A stretch of DNA of 64,000 nt from Octopus sinensis (lineage: Eukaryota), in assembly GCF_006345805.1 (NCBI RefSeq), contig NC_043003.1:4526001-4590000 (forward strand), read 5' to 3'. Shown here piece after piece: positions 39,077 through 49,105 of this stretch. The notes beneath the pieces are model-generated. The model searched no databases. It was not told where the DNA came from and saw nothing but the letters and a program-made list of their open reading frames with translations. Every line of letters begins with the position of its first letter. Position 1 is the first letter of the stretch. The translations under genes and the position numbers were made by a program.

Positions 39077-40132
39077 TTGGGTTGGCAACTAAGTTCCCGC
39101 CGTTTTTTTAAATTTTGGAATTATTGCATTTTTAAATTTTGGAATCTATTCTTTTCGAGAATTATATTTTTGAATCATTTTGGAATCTATTTTGTATTTT
39201 TTCGAGTTAATTTTAGTTAATTTTTGTTTATTTTCAGATCATTAAAATGGAATGTCAAGTTGAGAAAAACGAGCATTTTCGACACCTCCTTTTTGCTTTT
39301 ATTGAAGGTTCTAAGGCCGAAAAAGCTGCTCTTGACATTTCTGCTGTGTATGGAGAGGGTGCCATAGTTGAAAGAACCGCTCGTGATTGATATGCCAAGA
39401 TCAAAAGTGGAAATTTTAACCTCAAAAACGCACCTCGTTCTGGCCATCCAGTTGAGTTCGATGAAGAGCTATTAAACCAACTTTTGCACGAAAATTCTCG
39501 TCAAACGACAAGGGAATTCGCAGAGAAAATGGAATACTCCCACACTGCTATAGAGAAGCATCTTCACTCGATGGGAAAGGTTCAGAAGTATGGAGCATGG
39601 ATTCCGCATGCTTTAAGTGACAACAACAAAATCAACGATCCACAATCTCCACTGGTTTGCTTGCTCGTCATCGCTCAACTCATGGACACAAGCAACGATT
39701 TCTTTACCGAAAAATGGCGACGAAAAATTGTGCCTGTACATCAATAAGAAGCTGCGTAAGGAATTGCTTAGCCCCGGTAAACAAGGGACACTGCGCGTGA
39801 AACAAGATCTTTATGCGCGTAAAACGTTGTTATGTTCATGGTGGGACTGGGAAGGGATTATCCATTACGAATTGCTTGAACGGAACCAAACGGTCAACGC
39901 GGAACTCTATGTTCAACAGATAGAACGACTCAACATGGCTATTCAAGAGAAAAGACCTAATCTGCAGCATGGAGTTCTTCTGCTACACGACAACGCCTGC
40001 CGCCCTCATATCGCCAATAGGACCAAGGAAGCCATTCAAGGAAGCCTGGCTGGGATTAATTAGTTCTTATTTTTATTAAACCTTTTAAAAATTTAAATTT
40101 AAAAAGCGGCAGGAACTTAGTTGCCAGCCGAA
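39077..40132 (+). mobile_element. Mariner (DD34D-type) transposon, internally deleted and inactive
   Basis: TIRs TTGGGTTGGCAACTAAGTTCCCGCCGTTTTT / AAAAAGCGGCAGGAACTTAGTTGCCAGCCGAA with TA on both sides. Transposase starts at ATG 39247 (MECQVEKNEHFRH..., PRSG), with GDEK and HDNA motifs; stops and frameshifts; the YSPDL/third-Asp region is missing. Confidence 0.95.
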
Positions 40133-40271
40133 TATTGGAGAATTTAGACTGCATTCCTCCAGGTCATATTGCTTACAAGTCACAGCTAACACACACACAC
40201 ACACACATAGCTTTTCCCATTAGTTTGTCTTACTGCTCGAGCTCTACGCATCTGCGTTGAAACCAATAAAA

Positions 40272-40311
<40 letters not shown>

Positions 40312-40324
40312 CTATTTGCCTATC

Positions 40325-40403
<79 letters not shown>

Positions 40404-40404
40404 A

Positions 40405-40477
<73 letters not shown>

Positions 40478-40703
40478 ATATGTATACTATGTAGTATGTC
40501 TATACACACACTACCCACATAGAAACATATAGATACTCAAAGACCCTGAAACGCACACTTGAAACGGTCCCTAAACATTTCCACTGGAAATGAAATATTG
40601 AACAAAAGCGCTGAAAGATAAATGAGAGAGTTAGGGGTTAGGGGGTAGGGTCGTCCGAAATTCTGTGAATGGCGAACTAAAGACTATTGTAAAGACGACT
40701 TAC

Positions 40704-40801
40704 CCAACAGTTAAATTCATTTTTTCCATCTTTGCTACGAGTTATAACCAGATTATCAATCAATCCATTCTGCTCGTTTAAGAAGGCAAGGCACTCAAAT
40801 T
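40704..40801 (-). CDS. Internal coding exon of a Cys-rich protein gene (EFECLAFLNEQNGLIDNLVITRSKDGKNEFNCW)
   Basis: Acceptor TATTCTTTATTCTTTGTTTCAG, donor TGG|GTAAGT, 98 nt; the phase 1 start matches the end of exon 47427-47603. Confidence 0.8.
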
Positions 40802-41277
40802 CTGAAACAAAGAATAAAGAATAAAGAATAGATGCGAGAAGGAAGTATACAGAGTTGATTAAAGTTCAATGTTGGTTGAGGAAATATGTGCACTGGAGAA
40901 ACTAGGACTGGGTAAGGGGTGGTGGTGTTTAGGAGAGACTAAGCATGAATTAAAGGCTAAGAGTCTGTTGTTATTAGGATGACGATTGGATAAAGATAGA
41001 GACGGATCATGAAGCTACATTGATTTTAAAATTTTGACACAAGGCCAGCCAAGTGGGTAGTCAATTAATCCAAACACCCAGTACTCAACTGGTACTTATT
41101 TTATCAAATCCGAGAAGATGAGAGGCAAAGATGACCTCAGCAGGATTTGATTTCGGAACGTAGAGACGGACGAAATACTGCTAAGCATTTTCCCGGCGTG
41201 CTAACGATTCTGCCAGGTCGCAGCCTTGGGTCACGAAGATATCTTAAACGACGTATTACATAAATCAGCAGCAACAA

Positions 41278-41344
41278 GTGGAGGCGCAATGGCCCAGTAG
41301 TTAGGGCAGCGGATTCGCGGTCGGAGGATCGTGGTTTCGATTCC

Positions 41345-41345
<1 letters not shown>
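41278..41345 (+). mobile_element. SINE family 3, 5' head (split by the LINE; continues at about 47037-47290)
   Basis: GTGGAGGCGCAATGGCCCAGTAGTTAGGGCAGCGG...GGTTTCGATTCC stops at the LINE (CAAT)n tail. The body TGTGTTTATTGTGCAAAAACACCAAAAGCTCCACGAGGCTC resumes at 47041 and matches the copy at 62095. Confidence 0.85.
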
Positions 41346-41383
<38 letters not shown>

Positions 41384-41599
41384 CTAGTTTCAGCTTATGA
41401 GCTGTGGCCATGCTGGGGCACCGCCATTTGGTGTTGCTACTTGGTTTCACTTCATGGAGGCTTTCTAGCAACTGCTATTTGGTGCATGAGAGAGTTCGAT
41501 GCAGCTGCCCTCATCTGCCCCTCCTGCCGTGAAGTTGGTTCATCTGGGACACCTGACAGGAAGAGATCCAGCTTCATTTTAAAGACATCTGTATCCACC

Positions 41600-43657
41600 C
41601 CATGCAGGTCTCTCAGGTTCTTCGGGAGGATATTGAAGAGCTGTGGGCCTCGGAAGCCCAGGCTATCACAGAATCTTGTCCTACATCTTGATGGCAGGTT
41701 TGGAGACTAGGCACCACGCAGTGGCGCCCAGTTCTGGCATTTGCGTAACTCTCGATGCCAAAGTTCAGGACACTTCCCTCCAGGATCTTCCAGATGTATA
41801 TTATGGCATATCTTTCCCGCCTACGCTCCAGGGAATATAATTTTAATCTCTTGAGTCTTTCCCAGTAGCTTACATTCTGCATAGAGGCTATCTTCTTTGT
41901 GTAGCTTCGTTGGATCGCCTCAAGTTTGTGATCAACTTGACACTGGATGGTGACCATAGCTGAGAGCAATAGTCAAAGTGGCTTAGGACAAGTGTCTTCC
42001 AGAGGACCATCATGGTTTCTTGTTCTCTTGTTCTAAAGGTTCTAAGAATCCATCCAGCCAGCCGTCTACATTTCATTGTCAGTTTAGCAACATGTACATG
42101 AAAGGTCGCGTCATCACTCATGTGAATACCCAGGTCACGCACTGATTGTGCCTCTGGGATTGCAATCCCTCCGGGTCCAGTGTATTCCTTGGGTATTGCA
42201 TTCAGTTTTGCATGCTGATAGTATAAAGCTTGAAACTTTCCAGCATTGAACTGCATGCTATTCTTTTCAGCCCACTTGTATATTTCGTCCAGCTCACATT
42301 GCAGGTGTTTAGTGTCCTCAGGGTTCTGTATTGCCTGTGAAACTTTTGTATCATCTGCATAACTTGTGATCGTGGCTCTGCGTGGCTGAGGGCATGTCTG
42401 AGAGGGCCATTATGAACAGTAGTGGTCCCAGAACAGTGCCCTGCGGAACACCGCTCACTATTTGTGTGTTAATGGAGGTGGCCCCATTGGCTACTACCAC
42501 CTGACTTCTATCCTTCAGAAAGTCATGAAGCTATTCTCCCAGTTTCCAACTATGTTGAGATCACGCAGTTTGTGACATATCATTCCATGATCGACTTTAT
42601 CAAAGGCCTTTGCAAAGTCGAGATATATCACTTCCACATTTGAGTGGTTGAGCAGCCGTTTCAGCACCCAGTCATAGTGTTGTAGGAGCTGAGTTAAACA
42701 GCTTCTCCCTGGTCGGAAACCATGTTGGGTGTCGGGCAGCAAGTCATTCTCTTCAAGGAAGGTGATCAGCTTCCTTCTGACTATTCGTTCCATGACCTTG
42801 CTGATGTGTGAGGTCAGAGAGATAGGTCTATAGTTCTTGGCTTCCGCTCTGCTACCCCTTTATGAATGGGGCATATTTTACCTTCCTTCAGTTTTCCTGG
42901 AAGTTTGCCAGCTGCAAGGAAGCTCTGAAAGAGGAACTGCAGTGGTCTTGCTAGGACTCTCTTACATGCTTTTAGGAGGATTGCCGGGAATCCATCGGGG
43001 CCAGTAGCTGAGTCTGTTTTCATTTCATCTATAGCCTTGGTTACATCGTCTTCCTTTATATCGATGTAATCTATCGTCGCCGCCTCTGATTTTATATCTG
43101 CAGTGGTAAAAAAGTCAGTTGGATTGGTGATTTGGAGATGCCCAAGGGGTGAGTGAAAACACTCTTGAATTGCTCATTCAGTATTTCACTTACCCTCATT
43201 GGTTTCCTGTAAGTGTGCCATCCTTTTCGAGGAGTGGCCCTATTCTACAGTGCACTGTAGCTGTTTCTTTGGCATACCTGTAGAAAGCTCTGGGGTTAGA
43301 TTTTATGTTTTCTATAGCCCAGGCTTCTTTGTCTGCTCTTTCTTTTTCATGGGAGAGTTGCAGACATTTTTCGATTTCCAACAGTTTTATTTTTAGGCGG
43401 GACTTTTCACTGCTTTCAATCTGTTTGTTTAGGCGATTTGAAAATTTCGTACGCCGTCTCATTAAAATTTTCCTCTCTCTGGGGATTTGTTCTTGTGTAC
43501 AGTGGCCTTTCTCTCTGGGACACATTTGTAGCATATGGCTTGCATTACAGACATGAATTGTTGAAGTTTCACGTCGATGTCTGGCGAGGAGAGACATTTA
43601 GCCAGTTTTGTTTGAGGATCTCTTTCTCAATTTGTTTCCAGTTTGCCTTATGGTAGT
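41600..43657 (-). pseudogene. LINE ORF2 reverse transcriptase region (frameshifted)
   Basis: ORFs 43196-43597, 42814-43023, 42515-42793, 41888-42256 and 41613-41969 give TGPDGFP, QHGFRPGRSC, YLDFAKAFDKVDH, GVPQG, YADD and YSLERRRERY; in-frame TAG at 42531-42533. Confidence 0.9.
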
Positions 43658-44400
43658 TCAAGCTGGAAAGATTTGAGGGTTTCTTGTAGGCTGCATGTCC
43701 GTGCTCTCTTTTGGCCCGTACATGGTCAGCTCTATCATGTTGTGATCCGAGAGTAGTGTCGGTGTCACTTTCACATTATGGATGAGATCCATGTCATTTG
43801 TGAAGCAGAGATCCAGTGTGTTACCTGCCCTGGTTGGTTGGAGTATTACCTGCTCCATGTACAGGGTGTTGATGAGGTTCAGGAGGGACCTCGCCTGTCC
43901 TCGTTCACATCTTGTCATTCCTGGGAGAGAAAGGCCCTCGGGCCATCTGACATTGGGCAGATTGAAGTCTCCCATAAGAAGCACACCTATGTGTTGTTCT
44001 AATGTGGTTAGAATTTCTTCTATTTTTATAAGGCAGTCTTCAAACTTGCCCACATGGCTTGGGGCATCTGGAGGGCGATATGTAGCACACACAACTACAT
44101 CAAGTTGCCTAATATGTACAATTAGTGTGTCACACACCGAGTTTGAGTATGACAAGAGGACCTGGGGTGTGAGGTCCTCACGGATGTACATAGCAACACC
44201 TCCATGACTCCTTTCTTTCCTGTCGGTCCGTAGTACAGCATACTGTGGTATGTGTAACTCCGCATCTGCTATGTCCGGTTTCAGGTGCGTTCTGTAAGTG
44301 CTATGCATAGGCTTGATTGCATGCAACAAAGTCTCTCAGGAACGGGATCTTTGTCCTGTTACTGAGTGTTTGCAGTCCTCTGATGTTCAGTAGGAGTATC
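43658..44400 (-). pseudogene. LINE apurinic-like endonuclease (APE) domain
   Basis: LLNIRGL...THLK...HGGVAMY...TYRPP...LMGDFN...LDLCFTN...SDHN. Confidence 0.92.
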
Positions 44401-45329
44401 GAGGTGAGGTGTACGTTGTTGCCGGCGGGTGTCCATCCTGTGTCTGTTTGCTGTGGTGGTCTGGTATATAGTGGGTAGTCCCACCTGCGGGCTTGGGTTT
44501 GATGAAGCCAGGTCAGCTGCTGTACAATCTTTTGTGCCATGCACAAAAAAGATTGTTGCTCAGCAGCTGCTCTTTCGACAACATCATGTTGGCTGTTTGT
44601 GGCGCGCACAACATCTGCGTACCTCCGCTTTGGGGCAGGTGGTGCGTGGTCCATCCCTTTTCTTTGTGTTGATGGTTTGTCCATCTGCCTCGTGTCTCTG
44701 TGGCAGGGTCCCCGATGTGCAAAGCGGCAGCCTGCACCTTCCTTTCCGTGCCAGCAGGAACCTCTCAGGTAGAACATACACACCCGTGTGCGCTGTTTGG
44801 TTCCATCCTTTGCGGTTCCACTTCTATTCCTGGTTGTTTCACTCTTTGGTCCTGCTTGAGATTTTTCTTTTCCTTTAGCTCTTCCAGTCCTTCTTTTAGT
44901 TCTTCTTCCTCCCTCTACCTCTTCACCGGGTTCTCCGTCTCCATGGCCCTTGCTGCCGGTTGGAGAACTTGCACCTGGGTTCACTTCCCGGGCAGGTTTC
45001 TCATTCAAAACCTCATCCTGGGCGTCCACCAGGTGGGGGTGACTTCTTTCATCGTCTCCATTCTTGCCATCTTTGCCCCGCTCGTTCTCAAAGATGGCAT
45101 CAAGTGCGCCAATGTGCGACCGTACAAGCGCATATGAGCGCACGAATTCCTGTCTCTTTCGCTCCATCAGAGCCGCTGTCCTCTTGTAGCCTCTGCTCTT
45201 CAGCGCAGCCGCAATCACCTCGCTAGGGCTATCTCCGCCGGCGCACTCCCATGCTCGTACGAATAAATCCAGCTCGTCACGTCTCCATGCTCTGGACATG
45301 CTGGATAATCCGTCTATCCGTTTATCCAT
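44301..45329 (-). CDS. LINE ORF1-like protein: N-terminal Myb/SANT-like (trihelix) domain, charged linker, CCCH zinc finger; in frame with the APE N-terminus
   Basis: WRRDELDLFVRAW...VIAAALKSRGYKRT...RKRQEFVRSY fits the W-x3-E..W..IA..L...GY.RT pattern. CMFYLRGSCWHGKEGAGCRFAH is C-x7-C-x8-C-x3-H (44715-44780). Confidence 0.8.
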   Translation of the reverse strand: MDKRIDGLSSMSRAWRRDELDLFVRAWECAGGDSPSEVIAAALKSRGYKRTAALMERKRQEFVRSYALVRSHIGALDAIFENERGKDGKNGDDERSHPHLVDAQDEVLNEKPAREVNPGASSPTGSKGHGDGEPGEEVEGGRRTKRRTGRAKGKEKSQAGPKSETTRNRSGTAKDGTKQRTRVCMFYLRGSCWHGKEGAGCRFAHRGPCHRDTRQMDKPSTQRKGMDHAPPAPKRRYADVVRATNSQHDVVERAAAEQQSFLCMAQKIVQQLTWLHQTQARRWDYPLYTRPPQQTDTGWTPAGNNVHLTSILLLNIRGLQTLSNRTKIPFLRDFVACNQAYA

Positions 45330-45359
45330 CTAATTATGTTCGAGAGAAGACAGGAAGAT

Positions 45360-46555
45360 ATTAAGGCTAATTAGAAGATAGAGTACTTGAAAAAGAAATA
45401 TAACAATATTAAAGTTTGTGAAAAACGTATTTGGGTAAAAACGTTATTTAATCTTAAGGCTAATTAGGAGATAGAGTATCTGAAAATATATTAGCAATAT
45501 TAATATTATATTAGAGTGTGGGTAAAAAAACGTTATTTAATTAAGGCTAATTTGGAGATAGAGTATCTGAAAATATATTAGCAATATTAATATTATATTA
45601 GAGTGTGGGTAATATTAAACGTTATTTAATTTAATCTTAAGGCTAATTAGAAGACAGAGTATCTGAAAAATTATATATACAATATTAAGCAATATTAACC
45701 GTTATTTAATTTAATCTTAAGGCTAATTAGACGTTATTAATATTAAACGTTATTTAATTTAATCTTAAGGCTAATTAGAAGATAGAGTATCTGAAAATAT
45801 ATTAGCAATATTAATATTATATTAGAGTGTGGATAAAAACGTTATTTAATCTTAAGGCTAATCAGGAGATAGAGTATCTGAAAATATATTAGCAATGTTA
45901 ATATTATATTAGAGTGTGGGTAATATTAAACGTTATTTAATTTAATCTTAAGGCTAATTAGAAGATAGAGTATCTGAAGAATTATTAACAATATTAAAAC
46001 AATATTAAACGTTATTTAATTTAATCTTAAGGCTAATTAACAATAATTATTAACAATATTAAACAATATTAAGCGTTATTTAATTTAATCCTAAGGCTAA
46101 TAACAATAATTATTAACTATTAAACAATATTAACGTTATTTAATTTAATCTTAAGGCTAATTAACAGTAATTATTAACAATATTAACAATATTAAACGTT
46201 ATTTATTTAATCCTAAGGCTAATTAACAATATTATTTAACAATATTAAACGTTATTTAATTAATCCTAAGGCTAATTAGACGTTATTAATATTAAACGTT
46301 ATTTAATTTAATCTAATCTTAAGGCTAATTAGAAGATAGAGTATCTGAAAAATTATTAACAATATTAAAACAATATTAAACGTTATTTAATTTAATCTTA
46401 AGGCTAATTAACAATAATTATTAACACTATTAAACAATATTAAACGTTATTTAATTTAATCCTAAGGCTAATTTGACGGTATCAATATTAAACGTTATTT
46501 AATTTAATCTTTTGGCTAATTAGAAGATAGAGTATCTGGAAAATTATTATATCGA
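45360..46555. repeat. Modular AT-rich minisatellite within the LINE 5' UTR
   Basis: Roughly 16-17 copies of AACGTTATTTAA(TTTAA)TC(T/C)TAAGGCTAATTA alternating with GAAGATAGAGTATCTGAAAAT, ATTAGAGTGTGGGT or ACAATAATTATTAAC modules. Confidence 0.9.
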
Positions 46556-47426
46556 GAACAGTTATTGAAAATGTAAACAAACAAAATGACGATCGCAACT
46601 TTAACTAAGATGTGGGCCTAAGTGAAAGATAAAATAGAATAATAAATAAAATATGAAATAGATGAAATTGATACTTAATCCAACAATGTGGTCTGGATTA
46701 TTTTTTTTGGTTTACAGGATTTTTTTTCAGGAGAGATGCTTCTTTTTTCTTTCTTGCAGGAGATAACTTGATTCAGTTATTTTTGCACCATGTGCGTTTC
46801 GGCGAAAATGAAAATTACTGTTATATGTATATATTTATTATATATTTTTAAAAATATTTTTACCAAAGTGTTGTAGTGATCTCTATGACTTAGAGTTTTA
46901 CGTTTTGCAACTACAGTGGGTTATTTCGCCGTTCTATGCAAACTTTTTCACAGAGCAAAGGCAATCACGTCTTTCTCTGCTGAAAACGGAACCGGATATA
47001 TCGGATATATATAAACCGGATATATATAAACACACACCATTGTGTGTGTTTATTGTGCAAAAACACCAAAAGCTCCACGAGGCTCGGGCAGGGGGGGTGG
47101 GCGTCCCTGTTGTACTCTTTCGCCCCAACTTTCTCTCACTCTTTCTTCCTGTTTCTTGTCCCTGACTTCCTACGCAACCGCTGAGCCTGGATGCGCATTC
47201 ATCCATCCGTCGATGCTCTCGGTGTCGGGGGTTGACCTGCTTTCTCTTCAGCGGGTCTTACGAATAGCAAAGGACCACGTTTTTGGACCGTTCAACAGCC
47301 ACAGCAACAGCAGCAGCAACCGATTTCTATTGAAGATGTTTTATGCATTATGTTAGCCATGTGCGATGCTTTGTGAGTGAATTTAACAATAGGAAGAAAC
47401 TTCATAAAAGAGGAATCACATCTTAC

Positions 47427-47603
47427 CTTGAGGGATCAAAAGAGCTGAACAGGTATCTGACCTCAAAATAAGAGAGCTTTCGGTAAGACACGTATTCTCG
47501 TTCCAATCTCCTATCGTCCCTTCACAGTACTGTCCATCGTAGGTTCCACTGAAGGGAATGCTGCTTTCCAGACCACAATACGACGGCCACAGATTCTCCA
47601 TTT
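47427..47603 (-). CDS. Internal symmetric phase-1 coding exon of the Cys-rich protein gene
   Basis: Acceptor TTTCTTTTTGTATTTGTTTGGCAG, donor AAG|GTAAGA, 177 nt, only one open frame: MENLWPSYCGLESSIPFSGTYDGQYCEGTIGDWNENTCLTESSLILRSDTCSALLIPQ. Confidence 0.85.
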
Positions 47604-47809
47604 CTGCCAAACAAATACAAAAAGAAATCAGAGTTTGTTGTTTCGAGAATTCTATCGAGGCAACAATTGCGGTATTTTTGTTAGAATTATTCAAGTGAAT
47701 CATTCGCCACCGCTGACGGATGGACGTTCCAAAAATGATAAAACAACGGCTTCTAATTTTGGAGCTATTTTTAAAGTGGTGTAGGAGATTTTAAGTGGTG
47801 TATTTCAAT

Positions 47810-48423
47810 GACCCCCAGTACTTCACTGGTACTTTATTTAATCGAGCCCGAAGGAATAAAGGATCAAGCTGACTTCGAAGGGATTTCAACAACAATAATT
47901 ATTATTTCTACTATAGGCACAAGGCCTGAAATTTTATGGGGAGAGGGGGCATAAACGATTCCCTCCAGTGCTCAAATGGTACTTGTTTTATCGACCCAGA
48001 ACGGATGAAAAGCAAAGTTGACCTCAGCAGAATTTGAACACAGACGTAAAGACGAACAAAATGCCGCTTAACATAATAATGATCATAATAATAATAGTAA
48101 TAAGGAATTTCTTTCTTTATTACCCACGGGGGGGGGGGGCTAAACATAGAGGGTGCAAAGAAGGACACACAAAGGGATTAAGTCGATTATATCGACCCCA
48201 GTGTGTAACTGGTACTTATTTAATCGAAATATCTATTTCTATTTCTTTACTACCCACAAGGGGCTAAACACAGAGAGGACAAACAAGGACAGACAAACGG
48301 ATTAAGTCGATTATATCGACCCCAGTGCGTAACTGGTACTTATTTAATCGACCCCGAAAGGATGAAAGGCAAAGTCGACCTCGGCAGGATTTGAACTCAG
48401 AACGTAACGCCAGCTCGCCGCCT
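47810..48423 (-). mobile_element. Cluster of four SINE family 1 copies or fragments, including a tandem dimer (48110-48423)
   Basis: Repeated diagnostic central domain and tails. Confidence 0.85.
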
Positions 48424-48677
48424 TCTAGTAGTAGTAAGATGAATATTATAATACAGTTTCGCAGTGGCAGGAAAATGTAGGGACAACTATTGACAATGAC
48501 GCTATAAAAATGGTTGAAACGGGCGTTCCGTTGGTCTGTCCAAGGCAGGATTAAACAAACATAGCAAACGTTTAAATCTATCTTACATGTTTAGCGAATT
48601 TGTTTAACTTACGAAAGCAGGGACAGCCAAAGGTTTTTGGGTATATCACATAGTAACGTTGAGAAAAATAAGCACAG

Positions 48678-48733
<56 letters not shown>

Positions 48734-48919
48734 ACGCGCCCGCACGTGAATTTATGTATGTTTGTGTGCATATTTGCGTGTATGTTTGCGCATATCTACC
48801 TATGTATAGCCATGTTGTTAATCTATATGTCGTCTCTCTCTCTCTCCTCTTTCTTTCAGTGTTTCTCTCTCTTTCTCTCTCTCTCCGTCTGCCACATCCA
48901 TCCATCTATCAATCTATCT

Positions 48920-48989
<70 letters not shown>

Positions 48990-49038
48990 CTAGCTCTCTC
49001 TCTCTCTCTATGTATGTATGATCTCTCTCTCTCTTTCT

Positions 49039-49105
<67 letters not shown>

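Larger units (their letters stand above)
41346..47036 (-). mobile_element. Apparently full-length CR1/Jockey-group LINE (family A), ~5.7 kb
   Basis: Bounded by the two halves of a split SINE, with CCATTG at both junctions. Contains a (CAAT)n tail, RT, APE endonuclease, ORF1 and a ~1.7 kb 5' UTR. Confidence 0.9.

Noticed and set aside
45360-46555. CRISPR-like appearance of constant repeats with variable intervening sequence
   Set aside because: The intervening segments are themselves repeated modules, not unique spacers; eukaryotic context and no cas genes.
46700-46765. Three tandem plus-strand splice-acceptor-like motifs
   Set aside because: They are antisense to both the LINE and the host gene, and are explained by A-rich LINE 5' UTR sequence.
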